From positions 24,802,001-24,866,000 of the forward strand of contig NC_086097.1 in the NCBI RefSeq assembly GCF_963921235.1: 64,000 nucleotides of DNA, read 5' to 3'. The stretch's first letter is position 1. Each line of letters starts with the position of its first letter. The translations under genes were made by a program, and so were the position numbers. A model generated the notes under the pieces. The model saw only the letters and a list, made by a program, of their open reading frames with translations. It made no database searches and was not told where the DNA came from. Of the stretch, positions 36,790 through 50,423 are shown one piece after another. Source of the stretch: Mobula hypostoma. Its lineage: Eukaryota.

Positions 36790-38200
36790 TAGATTTTGGA
36801 ATGGTTCTTAAGGACTGGAAAAGTGCAAATGTCATTCCACTCTTTAAGAATAGAGGGAGGCAGAAGAAAGGAAGTTATAGACCAATTAGCCTAACTTCAG
36901 TAGTTGGAAAGATGTCTTTATTAAGGATGAGGTTTCAGGGAACTTGGAGGCACATAATAAAATAGGCCGAAGTCTGCATGGTTTTCTAAAGGAGAATTCT
37001 TGACTCAAAAATCCGTTGGAATTCTTTGAGAAAATAACAAGCAAGATAGATAAAGGAGAGTCAGTGGGAGTTATTTATTTGGAGTTTCGGAAGGCCCTTG
37101 ATAAGGTACCACACATGAGGCTGCTTAACAAGATAAGAGCCATGGTATTACTGGAATGTACTAGCATGTATATAAAATTGGCTAACTGGCAGGAGGCAAA
37201 GAGAGAGAATATTGTGGGTCTTTTCTGGTTGGCAGCCAGTGACTGGTGGTGTGCCACAGAGATTGGTGTTGGGACCACTTCTTTTCACATTGTATGTCAT
37301 TGATTTGGATGAAAGAATTGATGGCTTTGTGGCCAAGTTTGTGGACAATACAAAGATAGGTGGAGGGGTAGGAAGTGCTGAGGAAGCAGGGTTTCTGCAG
37401 AAGGACTTTGATAGATTGGGGAAATGGGCAAAAAAGTGGCAGATGGAATATAATGTAGCGAGGTGCATAGTCATGCACTTTGGTAGAAGGAATGAAGGCA
37501 CGGACAATTTTCTAAGTGGGGAATTGCGGTTGAGTCAGTGGTAAGGAAGACTAATGCAATGTTAGCATTCCTTTTGAGAGGACTTGAATACCAAAATACG
37601 CATAATAATGAAAAGGTTTTATAAGCTATTGATCAGACTGCGCTTGGAGTATTGTGAGCAGTTTTGGGTCCCCTTATTTAAGAAAGGATGTGCTGGCATT
37701 TAAGAGAGTCCAGAAGAGCTTCACAAGGATGATCCCAGGAATGAATGGTTTAACAAATGAGGAGTGTTTGCTGTATTCATTGATGTTTAGAAGAATGAAG
37801 GTGGGGGAGGGGATCTCATTGCAAACTAGTGAATATTAAAAGGTCTAATTAAGGTGGATATGAAGAGAATGTTTCCTGTAGTGGGGGAGTCTAGAACCAA
37901 AGAGCACAGCCTCAGAATTAAGGGACGTCCATTTAGTACAGAGATGAAGGAAAATTTCTTGAGTTAGGGAGTGGTGAATCTGAGGAATTCTTTGCTACAG
38001 ATGGCTGTGCAGGCCAATTCATTGACTATATTTAAGGTAGAGGTTAATAGATTCTTCATTAATCAGGGTGTCAAATATTAAGAAAAGAAGGCAGGAGAAT
38101 GGGGTTTAGAAGGATAATAAATCAGCCGTGATAGAATGTTGGCACAGACACGATAGGCCAAATGGCCTAATTCTGCTCCCATATCTTATGGTCTTATGGA
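36790..38200 (+). mobile_element. Decayed CR1 RT 3' part
   Basis: YRPISLTSVVGK, ALDKVPH, FVDNTKIGG; tcttatgg tail. Confidence 0.82.
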
Positions 38201-38699
38201 CTAATTCTGAATTCCCCCGAGACACTTTAAATGAGTGCAGCTCAGACAAGATCTTCTGTTGCTCCCTGGAGTTGAAAGAGATCCGTGAATGGTAGTAGTT
38301 AGTGTTCAGGGCAGGCTGGAGTCCTCAGGATTCTCAAACTGTCATTGTCTGGCCTCAATAGGTGCCATCCCAACAGATATACTTGGGTATAACCTTTCCC
38401 TCAAGTATTTCCAGACTAATGTTTATATTAAGCAAAATACAAAAGGACGGCTAAAAATTAAACCATACAAACTTAAAACCACTGAGTATTTACTCTGCAA
38501 CCTTCCACTTTTGTGTCACTGAACTCATGATGACTGTTGTATTCCCTTCCATATAAAACTCTGTTACCAAGATTTCAAGCTTATTCTAAAACATACAAGC
38601 ACTCTTACGAACAAGTATGCTACTGCACAGTAGCCCCTCAACAAGTATACATGCACCCTTCTGTCATCCCAAATAATCAGTAACCATCTTTCACAACTG

Positions 38700-40258
38700 G
38701 TAGCCCCATCACACCAAACTACCCAAAAATGTCTGGTACCTTACACAAACACACATGCACATGCACACCACACTTTTATATCTACCAGTTCAGCTCTCCA
38801 CCGTGTTTGTTGATACTTTATGATCCCGTGGTCTTTGATCTGAACAGATCTTGGTGTGTGTGCTATTCTTATAAGTACTCACCCTCTTTCGACTGCTTAA
38901 GTTGCTGGCTGCACAGTGGGTCACAAACATATCCCGGGCAAGCCCCCAAATATTGTGTCTGTGCTATGATCAAAGTTACCAGAGAGACACTGAAGTTGGG
39001 ATGTAGCAGTCTTTATTCAGTACAACAAGTAGGCATTCTTCTGCAGACACTCTCAGTAGAAACTCGCAAATCCAAAAGTGCATCACATTTTTATTACCTT
39101 CTGATCAAAGGTAACAGGAAGTGATTCAATACAATTTCAATAGTTACTGTCAGTACCTCCAGTTGAACTCTGTCTTTTTGTGTGTTTCCCCCTAGCCATC
39201 ATTCTGTGTTTTTGTATTGCCATGTCCTCTTGCTTGTTTTCATGCCCCATGTACTCCTATTCCTGACCTTGCTCTACTCTGGCCTCTGTATCACTGAATA
39301 CTCTGCCCCTCACCTGTTTCCCATTATTACCTGTATTGCTGCCACCTGTGTCTCATTGTGTCCACCTATCATCTGCCTCTCTATATATTACTCTGTGTAT
39401 TTTAGTCCATTGTGCTAATGAGTTTTCCTCAGCCTTTCCAGCATTCATGTCTAAACTCTATCCTTCTAAGTATCAACCCTGCCTGTTTGTTGACTCTGAT
39501 TTTGCCTGTCTATCTTGATTGTTCTGGTTTTTGACTCTGCCTGTTTCCTGATTCTGATTTTTTGATTTCTCTGGAATTTTTTATCTCAATCTGAACTTTG
39601 ACACGCACTTTGTTTGCCCCTCTGGATTTGTTACTCAATAAGTATCACAGTGTGCATAGTACTTGGTCTGCGATTGGGTCCCTGCTCCAACGTCCTGACA
39701 AGTTACAATAACATTATTTGCTTCAATTCTTTTGGGTTGACACTACTTCCTTTGAATTACAGATCTACAATGAGAAACACCTCCAAATATTTAAATTGCC
39801 TTTGTCAAAAAGTAAGTCACACAACTTGTCTAAGAGCTTCTGAAGACAGGGAGCCAGACGCCAAAAAATAATATTGTCAGGATTGTCTCTGAATATCCTG
39901 ATTTCCTATACCTGTGACCATGTTTGGTATGCTAAGTAACAACATCAGTCTGGTCTGCCAGCTTGAACTCAAGTTACAATGGTGCAAACAACTTAAACCA
40001 TGTTGCCAGGTTCAATGCAGGCCAATTAACATAACCCCATTGTCTTAATATTTAGCTGATGTATATGCAAACATCTCTCAGTAACCATTTTGCAAACTCT
40101 TAGTCTATGAACAGCCTGTAATCCACATTTAGTGCACAGGTATGTTTTTAACTTCAATTTACTGCTTGCAGTTTACAATCCACATTAAGAACTGAAGACT
40201 AGTTCTTGTTTGAATTAATATCTGCTTTATTCACATAACTCCAGAACTCTCCCTAACA
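38700..40258 (-). mobile_element. LTR element 5' end (LTR about 38954-40258, tRNA-Pro-like PBS, leader), truncated
   Basis: Minus-strand PBS tgggggcttgcccgggat at 38931-38948 (16/18 to the PBS at 35124); minus-strand AATAAA at about 39012; tgttaggg start at 40258. Leader boundary uncertain. Confidence 0.65.
39148..39700. repeat. Solo LTR (553 bp) nested in another LTR
   Basis: Termini tgtcag...ctgaca; 6-bp TSD agttac at 39142-39147 and 39701-39706. Confidence 0.85.
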
Positions 40259-40269
40259 TTTTCTTTGTA

Positions 40270-40680
40270 CTGCTGCCATCAGGAAGGAGGTACAGGAGCC
40301 TTAAGTCCCACAAAACCAGGTTCAGGAACAGTTATTACCCTGCAATAATCAGACTCCTGAACCAGTGTGAATAACTTCGCTCACCTCAACACTGAACTGC
40401 TCACTGAACACAACCTATGGACTTACTTTCAATGACTTTACAACTCAGGTTCTCAGCATTATTTATTTACTTGTTATTATTTTTTAATTGTGTAGTTTGT
40501 CTTCTTTTACACATTAAGTTGCTAGTCATGCTTTGTGTTTAGTTCTTCATCCATTTCATTGTATTTCTTTATTCTACTGTGAATGCCCGCAAGAAAGTGA
40601 ATTTCAGGGTAATATATAGTGACATATACAGTATGTACTTTGATAATCAATCCACTTTGAACATTGAACTTTGAATCTTT
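40270..40680 (+). mobile_element. Rex1/Babar-like LINE 3' end
   Basis: ctgccatcaggaaggaggtacaggagcc..ttcaggaacagttattaccc; (actttga) tail. Confidence 0.7.
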
Positions 40681-41844
40681 TTCCCCACGTTGAAAAAAAT
40701 CAAGTATTTAATGACATGAAATTCAGGTGAGAGCAGAAAATTTTAACAGGTGCGAGGCAAGAGAGAGTGGTAGTTGCTTGAAGTGGGCTGTCAAATGCAG
40801 TGGTGGAAGGAGATACAATAGTGGTGTTTAACAGAATGTTAGATTAACTCATAAGTATGTAGAGAATAGAGGGCTACGGATCATATACAGGCAGTAGAGA
40901 TTTTGTTTAATTCAGCATTGTGCTCTGTACAAAGTTCAAATGAATTTATGTCAAAAATACTGTCATGGTGTGCGCTGGCAATATCAGAACCAAAGTGCTG
41001 AGGAAAGACAGACTCCAATGTAGAGATGGCAACCAGAGTTTGTTCATAAGAATGCCAACAGGACATCGGTGGCGCAGCTGAGCAACACCATGAGACGTAA
41101 CACTCTCAAAAATAGGACCCCGCGATTAGTATAGACCAGGTGTCCGCACGTAACACAGAATCCCCAAGCATATCAAAGTTCACTGAACAAGTTTAAACAG
41201 AGAGCACCAGAAGTCTGTATAACAAAAGAGCGGGTCGATTGAGAAAAATCACAAGTTAACTCTAAACGATTAACAATTCTCATTAAACAACAATTAATCC
41301 ATTCAGGTGCTCTTCAAAATCTCGAACCCTACTGTTCTTTGGCTCTCCACACAAGCCTTGACATTCATTTTTTTCAGGCATTTACTTGAAAAAAAGAAAT
41401 ACAATAGAATTTTATGAAGAACTATATATAAACAGACAAAGACTGACAATGAACAATTGCAAAAGAAAACAAACTGTGCAAATAAAAATAGTCTGAGCAC
41501 GTGAGTTATCAAGAGTCCTTGAAAGTGAGTCTGTAGGTCATAGAATCACTGCAGAATAGTGATGGATGATGCTATCTAGTGACGGATGAAGTTCAGGAGC
41601 CTGATGGTCATAGGGTAATAAATGTTACTCAACGTGGTGGTGTGGGACCTAAAGCTTTTGTATCTCCTGCCCAATGTTAGTAGCGAGAAGAGGGCATTCC
41701 TGGGCATTGATGGTTCTCAATGCATTTCCGAAACCTAACCTGCCGACAAACAGCTTGACTTTTTAGAAATACTCTTGGTCTATTATTGCCATATGTACCA
41801 AGATACAGTGAAAGTATTTGTTTGCCAACCATCCAGGCAGATCA

Positions 41845-44600
41845 TAAGACCATAAGACTATAAGATAGGAGCAGAATTAGGCCATTCAGCCCATCGAGTC
41901 TGCTCTGCCATTCCATCATGGCTGATCCTTGATCCCACTCAACCCCATACACCTGCCTTCTCGCTATGTCCTTTGATGCCCTGACTGATCAGGAAATCAT
42001 CAACTTCCACCTTAAATATACACACAGACTTGGCCACCACCGCAGTCTGTGACAGAGCATTCCACAGATTTACTTCTCTAGGACTAAAAAAATTCCTCTG
42101 TTCTAAAGGGTCGCCCCTCAATTTTGAGGCTGTGCCCTTGAGTTCTGGATACCCCCACCATAGGAAACATTCTCCCCACATCCACCTTATCTAGTCCTTT
42201 CAACATTCAGTAGATTTCAATGAGAACCCCCCCCCCACATTCTTCTAAATTCCAGTGAGAACAGGCCCATAGCTGCCAAATGCTCCTCATATGTTAACTC
42301 CTTCATTCCTGGAATCATTTTTGTGAACTTCCTCTGGACTCTCTCCAATTATAATACATTCTTTCTGAGATATGGGCCCCAACTCTGTTGACAATACTCT
42401 TACATGCAGCCTGACCAGTGTCTTATACAGGATCAGCATTATCTCCTTGCTTTTATATTCTATTCCCCTTGAAATAAATGCCAACATTGCATTTGCCTTC
42501 TTTACCACAGACTCAACCTGTAAATTAACCTTCTGGGAGTCTTGTACAAGAACTCCTAAGTCCCTCTGCACTTCTGATGTTTCAGCCTTCTCCCCATTTA
42601 GATAATAGTCCGCACCATTGTTGCTTTTACCAAAATTCATTATCATACAGTTCCCAACACTGTATTCTATCTGCCACTTTTTTGCCCAGTCTTCCAATTT
42701 GTCTATGTCCTGCTGCAATCACATTGCTTGCACAGCACTATCTAACCCTCCATTTATCTTCATATCATCCGCAAAGTTTCAATTCCTTTATCTAAATAAT
42801 TGATAAACAATGTGAAAAGCAGTGGTCTCAATACTGACCCCTGAGGATCACCACTAGTCACTGGCAGCCAACCAGAAAAGGCCCCTTTTATTCCCATTTG
42901 CTGCCTCCTGCCTGTCAGCCATTCCTCTATCCATGCCAGTATCTTTCTTGTAACACCGTAAGATTTTATCTTGTTAAGCAGTCTCACATGTGGTGCCTTA
43001 TCAAACACCTTCTGAAAATCCAAGAAAATGACATCCACTGCCTGTTACTTCCTCGAAGACCTCTAACAGATTTGTCAGGCAAAATTTCCCTTTATAGAAA
43101 CTATGCTGATTTTAACTTATTTTGTCATTAGTCTCCAAATACCTCGAAACCTCATCATTAATAATAGACTCCAACACTTTCCCAACCACTGAGGTCAGGC
43201 TAACTGGCCTATAATTTCCATTCTTTTGCCTTCCTCCCTTCGACAAGAGTGGAATGATATTTGCAATCTTCCAGTCCTCCAGGACCATGCCAGAATCAAA
43301 TGATTCTTGAAAAGATCATGACCAATGCATCTGTTATCTCTTCAGCAACCTTTTTCAGAACTCTGGGATGTAGTCTGTCTGGCCCAGGTTGACTTATCCA
43401 CCTTAAGAACATTGAGTTAGCCTAACACTTTTTCCTTTGTAATGACAATGGTACTCACTCCTGCTCCCTGACACCCATGGACCTCTGGCACACTGAAGAC
43501 AGATGCAGAGTACCCATTAAGTTCATCTGCTATTTCTTTGTACCCCATTAATACCTCACGAACCTCATTTTCCAGTGGTCCAACATCAACTCTCACCTCC
43601 CTTTTACTCTTTATATAACTAAACTTTTGGTATCCTACTTTATGTTATTGGCTAATCTGCCCTCATATTTCATCTTTTCCCTTCTTATAGCCTTTTCAGT
43701 TGCCTTTTGTTGGATTTTAAAAGCTCCCCACTCATCCAACTTCCCACTCACTTTTGCTACCTTATATATCCTTTCCTTGGTTTTTATGCCATCCTTAACT
43801 TCCTTTGTCAGCCACGGTTGCCTACCTCTGCCATTTGAAAACTTCTTCCTCTGTAGGTCATAGTCATATCTATCCTGCGCCTTGTGAACTATTCCCAGAA
43901 ACTTCATTCGTCTCTGTTCTGCCATAATACCCGCCAGTGTCCTTTTCCAATCTATCTGGGCAAGCTCCTCTCTCATGCCCTTGTAATTCCCTTTATTTCA
44001 TTGAGATAGAGATACATGTGACCTATGCTTCTCCCTTTCAAATTGCAGTATGAATTCAATCATGTTATTATCACTGTTTGCTAAGGGTTCCTTTATGTTA
44101 AGCTCCCTAGTAGGATCTGGGTTATTACGTACATAACACCCAGTCCAAGATAGCGTTTTCCAAGTAGGTTCAAGCACAAACTGCTCTAAAAAGCAATTTT
44201 AAGGGCATTCATCAAATTCCCTCTCTTGTGATTCGACATTAATCTGATTTTCCCAATCCCCCGGCATATTGAAGTCCCCCCATTACAATTGTGTTATTCC
44301 CCTTATTATATGCCTTTTCCTGCTCCCTTTGCAATCTCAACCCTATATCTTGGCTACTATTTGAAGGCCTATACACGATTCCCATAATGGTTTTTTTACC
44401 ATTGCAAATTCTTGACTCCACCCACAAAGATTCAACGTCCTCTTGACCCTATGTCACCTCTTTCTAAAGATGTAATTCCATCTCTTACCAACAGAGCCAC
44501 ACCACCATCTATGCCTTCCTGGCTGTCCTTTCGATACAAAGTATATCCTTTGATGCTAAGCTCCCAACTATGGCCTTCTTTCAGCCACAACTCAGTGATG
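41845..44600 (-). mobile_element. Decayed CR1 ORF2 (APE to RT) and 3' UTR
   Basis: MGIVYRPSNS, FLDFQKVFDKAPH, PQGSVL, VQRDLGVLV; (cataagac)n tail. Confidence 0.85.
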
Positions 44601-46403
44601 TTGAGGAAGTAAAATGAAAACAGAATTCAGAACATACAGTTACAGATGAGGTAGACATAGAGTGCTATGGCCACAACCATAAGACATAGCAGATAAATTA
44701 GACCATTGAATCCATATGGAGTCTGCTCGACCATTCCATCATGGTTGATTCATTGTCCCTCTCAACCCACTCTTCTGCTTTCTCCCGTAACCTTTGACAT
44801 AGAAATAGGCTGTCAGACCTTTCTGATGTGAACAGTTTAGGCACTTGAGAGGGACAAAATTAAGGGCTCTCAGGAGAGAACAGGCCAATGGGACTGATTG
44901 ACTCTATGGCTGTCTCCTATGCTATAGCAGTTCTCAGTTCTACAGAAGACCAAGTTTATATATTTAGTTAGCACAGTGTTTACAGGCATTGTCAAACCTA
45001 TCCTGAGATTGTGGAATTAAGAACTAGAGGGCATAGACTTAAGGTGAGAGACTTAATGGAGCTTGAGGGGAGAATGTTGTACACAATGAAGTGGTGCATA
45101 TGTAGGATGAGCTGGAGAAGGATGTAGTTGAGACAGGTACAATAACAACCTTCAAAGGACAGTTGCACAGGAAAGTTTACAGTAATATGATCAAATTTGG
45201 GTAAATGGACTATCTTGGAAGCAGCATTTTGGTCAGCTTGAACGAATTGGGCTGTGCTGTATGATTCTATATATGAACATAACATAAAAAGAAGGAGCAG
45301 GAATGGGTCACCTGACCTGTCAAGCCTGCTTTGCCATTCAATGAGATCATGGCTGATCTGGCCATGGACTCAGGTCCACCTACCTGCCTTTTCCCTTTAA
45401 CTCTTAATTCCCCTGCTATGCGGAAAAAAAAAATCCATTCTTCTGACTAACAATCTTTACTACTGCTACACACCACGTGTGTTACACCAGTCAAGACACT
45501 GCTGCCATCCTTATCCTATTCTATTGACAGTTTGGAAATGCCTGTTCAAATTACACACAGTTGGAAGGACCATTAGTTACTTCAGAAAAGTTTTCAACTA
45601 TGAAGTTGCCTTCAAGAATCGTAAATATTCAGATTATCCTTCCCAATCTCACTGGCTCCCCTACTCTATTTAGGGTTGGAAGATGCTGTCCCCTTGTGAT
45701 TCCAGACCCAGACCACCAGGACTAACCACTCTGATACACTGGTGTTGGCATTGGTATATTATTGTACACATACCGAGATACATAGAAAAGTTTGTCTGGC
45801 ATACTGTTCATACAGCTCAAATCATTACACAGTGCATAGGTCTAGAATAAGGCAAAACAACAGCAATGCAGAAGAAAGTGTAAAACTACAACAAAAGTGC
45901 AAGATCATAACAAGGTGGACTGTGAGGTTAAGAATCCATCTTATTGTACGAGAGGTCCATTCAATCGTCTAATAAAGGTGGGATAGAAGCTATCCTTCAG
46001 ACTGGTGGCACATGCTTTCAGGCTTCTGTATCTTCTGCCCATTGGAGACGGAGAATTTCAGGGCCTTTTTTTTTGCATCATATGCTTATGAATCAATGAG
46101 CCTTATGAAGCTGCTTTACTGAGGCAATAGGAAGTGTAGACAGCGTTCATGGAACCCTTTGACTACAGGGAACACCGGGTGCTACCCGGTGTGGAGAAAG
46201 TGCATTCTCCAAATTGAGTGAGTGTAGTTATCCCATTTTGTTCAATAGCCTGATGGTTGAGGAGTAGTAACTGTTCTTGTACCTGGTGATGTAAGTCCTG
46301 AGGCTCCTGTACCTTCTACCTAATGACAGTGGTGAGAACTGAGTATGGCCTGGGTGCTGAGGATTTCTGATGATGGAAGCTGCTTCCCTATGACAGTGTT
46401 TCA

Positions 46404-48493
46404 AGGAAGGTAGTGCACCCATGGCTGACAAGGGAAATTAGGGATAGTATCAATTCCAAAGAAGAAGCATACAAATTAGCCAGAGAAAGTGGCTCACCTG
46501 AGGACTGGGAGAAATTCAGAGTTCAGCAGAGGAGGTCAAAGGGCTTAATTAGGAAGGGGAAAAAAGATTACGAGAGAAAACTGGCAGGGAACATAAAAAC
46601 GGACTGTAAAAGCTTTTATAGATATGTAAAAAGGAAAAGACTGGTAAAGACAAATGTAGGTCCCCTGCAGACAGAAACAGGTGAATTGATTATAGGGAGC
46701 AAGGACATGGCAGACCAATTGATTATGGGGAGCAAGGACATGGCAGACCAATTGAATAATTACTTTGGTTCTGTCTTCACTAAGGAGGACATAAATAATC
46801 TTCCAGAAATAGTAGGGGACAGAGGGTCCAGTGAGATGGAGGAACTGAGCGAAATACATGTTAGTAGGGAAGTGGTGTTAGGTAAATTGAAGGGATTGAA
46901 GGCAGATAAATCCCCAGGGCCAGATGGTCTGCATCCTAGAGTGCTTAAGGAAGTAGCCCAAGAAATAGTGGATGCATTAGTGATAATTTTTCAAAACTCG
47001 TTAGATTCTGGACTAGTTCCTGAGGATTGGAGGGTGGCTAATGTAACTCCACTTTTAAAAAAGGAGGGAGAGAGAACCCGGGGAATTATAGACCGGTTAG
47101 CCTAACGTCGGTGGTGGGGAAACTGCTGGAGTCAGTTATCAAGGATGTGATAACAGCACATTTGGAAAGCGGTGAAATGATCGGACAAAGTCAGCATGGA
47201 TTTGTGAAAAGAAAATCATGTCTGACGAATCTCATAGAATTTTTTGACGATGTAACTAGTAGAGTGGATAGGGGAGAACCAGTGGATGTGGTATATTTGG
47301 ATTTTCAAAAGGCTTTTGACAAGGTCCCACATAGATTAGTGTGCAAACTTAAAGCACACGGTATTGGAGGTAAGGTATTGGTGTGGGTGGAGAATTGGTT
47401 AGCAGACAGGAAGCAAAGAGTGGGAATAAACGGGACCTTTTCAGAATGGCAGGCGGTGACTAGTGGGGTACTGCAAGGCTCAGTGCTGGGACCCCAGTTG
47501 TTTACAATATATATTAATGACTTGGATGAGGGAATTAAATGCAGCATCTCCAAGTTTGCGGATGACACAAAGCTGGGTGGCAGTGTTAGCTGTGAGGAGG
47601 ATGCTAAGAGGATGCAGGGTGACTTGGATAGGTTGGGTGAGTGGGCAAATTCATGGCAGATGCAATTTAATGTGGATAAATGTGAAGTTATCCACTTTGG
47701 TGGCAAAAATAGGAAAACAGATTATTTTCTGAATGGTGGCCGATTAGGAAAAGGGGAAGTGCAACGAGACCTGGGTGTCATTATACACCAGTCATTGAAA
47801 GTGGGCATGCAGGTACAGCAGGCGGTGAAAAAGGCGAATGGTATGCTGGCATTTATAGTGAGAGGATTCGAGTACAGGAGCAGGGAGGTACTACTGCAGT
47901 TGTACGAGGCCTTGGTGAGACCACACCTGGAGTATTGTGTGCAGTTTTGGTCCCCTAATCTGAGGAAAGACATCCTTGCCATAGAGGGAGTACAAAGAAG
48001 GTTCACCAGATTGATTCCTGGGATGGCAGGACTTTCATATGAAGAAAGACTGGATGAACTGGGCTTGTACTCGTTGGAATTTAGAAGATTGAGGGGGGAT
48101 CTGATTGAAACGTATAAAATCCTAAAGGGATTGGACAGGCTAGATGCAGGAAGATTGTTCCCGATGTTGGGGAAGTCCAGAACAAGGGGTCACAGTTTGA
48201 GGATAAAGGGGAAGCCTTTTAGGACCGAGATTAGGAAAAACTTCTTCACACAGAGAGTGGTGAATCTGTGGAATTCTCTGCCACAGGAAACTGTTGAGGC
48301 CAGTTCATTGGCTATATTTAAGAGGGAGTTAGATATGGCCCTTGTGGCTATGGGGGTCAGGGGGTATGGAGGGAAGGCTGGGGCGGGGTTCTGAGTTGGA
48401 TGATCAGCCATGATCATAATAAATGGTGGTGCAGGCTCGAAGGGCCGAATGGCCTACTCCTGCACCTATTTTCTATGTTTCTATGTTTCTATG
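46404..48493 (+). mobile_element. Young 5'-truncated CR1 LINE, copy B (frameshift near 47060-47075)
   Basis: ORFs 46413-47105 and 47111-48394 are near-identical to copy A; (atgtttct)n tail; sits inside a minus-strand Rex-like fragment (46225-46403 / 48494-48740). Confidence 0.93.
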
Positions 48494-50423
48494 TCGATGT
48501 GCTCAATGGTTGGGAGGGCTTTACCTGTAATGTATTGAGACGAATCCACTACCTTTTGTAGGATTTTCTACTTAAAGGTACTGGTGTTTCCAAACCAGCC
48601 ATGATGCAGCCAGTCAATACACTCTCCACCACACATCTATTGAAGTTTGTCGAAGTTCTTGATGTCATGCCAAATCTCCACAGACTCCTAAGGAAGTGGA
48701 GGTGCTGTCATGCTTTCTTCGCAATTGCATTTACTGCATGAAGAAGCTGTTTCTAAAATTATGACTGTGTATCTTGACTCCTGTACCTTCTCCCTGAAGG
48801 TAATAATGAGCAGAGGGCTTTTGCTGAGTGGTGATGGTCCTTAAACCAGGGTAGTGGAGGTATAATTTGTCCATCAGTGCTGATCACCCCATCCTTGACT
48901 AAGCTGTTCCACCATGAACACGATCTGTTATGAGTCAACATGATGCTTTCAGATCAGGTCATGCATAGCACATACCTCCTCTGCACCGTTCAGGTGTGTT
49001 TCTGGGGTACAGGGGCTAGCGACCCTTGTGCCTGTTTTGTGTTCTATCGCTGAGCAGCAGTGAACCATCTGATTGGCCTATCAGAGTTCTCTTTGGGAAC
49101 TAGTTGACTTGATCAGCATTTCTGATCTGGCTATTGTTCACGATTGCACTTAATTAAAAAAACATGAGCGCACGCACACACACAAGCACACGTGAGAGAG
49201 AGTGTCAGGAAAATGGCCATCCATCCGACCTGACTTACAAAGGGATGCTACGGACCGGAATGGAAATGTCTGTGTGTCAGTAAGTGTGCTGGAGCAGAAA
49301 TGCAGAGCATTCCCCACCTTGGCAGGCTGCCCCCACAAGCAACACGCAAAATAAATCAGCACTATCAACTTTTTTGAACCTGAAGATGATGAAATTCTCT
49401 GTGTCCTGTCCTGAAAATCTGCTTCATTGCTTCAGCTGTGAAGGTGTCATTCCCAAGAAATCCTGTTCTAAATCAAACAGGTCCTTCTTTGAAGTGTTAA
49501 TTTAAAGCTTGACCTAATTTATCTTGGCGTTGGTGTCTTTGCTGTGAAACATTGTCTTGTCTCCAGTTGCAAAGAGGTGACTGTGTACATTGGACAGATT
49601 TGCAATGGGTTGTTAGATTTTAATCCCAAGGTAAATATTTGGTCAGAGTCTGTGTAAATGAGTTTCCCAGTAGCTTGTAACACATTAATGGTGTTTGTCT
49701 TGCCGCTATGTTATTATTTTATTTGGTTGCCTCAGTGTTACCTTTGGCTGTGTGTGGGATCTCTGAGTGCCATTAGCAATCCTCTCCTGAAGATGTTCAG
49801 AGCTAATTGAATACTCTGCAATTTTTCTATTGGACACAACGGGAAAGGAGAAAGCCATTCAGCCCCTCTGGTCTCAGAATTGGAGTCAGGTTTATTATTC
49901 AAGTTCAAGTTTAATTGTCATTCAACCATACACATGAATACAGCCAAATTCCTCCAGGACCACTCAGCCCAAGATTCTGTGCCCATTGTTGGTTTTCTGC
50001 AAGGAAATGAATTCCGTGGTACCATATGGTAACATATACGTACTTTGATAATAAATTTACTTTGACGTTTGAATCACAACAGCAAATTAAACTAAATCTG
50101 CGGTTGAGACGTTCTCTGCTCTTGGCAACTAACTGGAAAACGTTTCAGCACCATGCGAGGGGACATCGTCAATCCGCTGTTGATCGTGGTGTGTCCTCCG
50201 AAAACTTAGCTTTTATATACATCTCAATCGCTGATTGGACATCATTTCGGAAACTCAGTTGTGATGTGGGGAGGAAATCTTATCACTGGTTGGCTATGCG
50301 GCTCTTCTGTCTGTGCATGATTCACATCCCTCAATTGCCTGCATATTCATGTACCTTGTTTAATAACCTCTATCATATCTGTCTCCACCGCTACTTGACA
50401 ATGTGTTCCAGGTACCCAGCACT

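Noticed and set aside
38225..38310. Minus-strand acceptor with a CTAAC branch motif (EQQKILSELHSFK)
   Set aside because: No credible donor before the frame runs into a CR1 tail.
40961..41353. Possible additional solo LTR (likewise about 50075-50423)
   Set aside because: LTR-like composition, but no TSD or paired termini could be fixed by eye.
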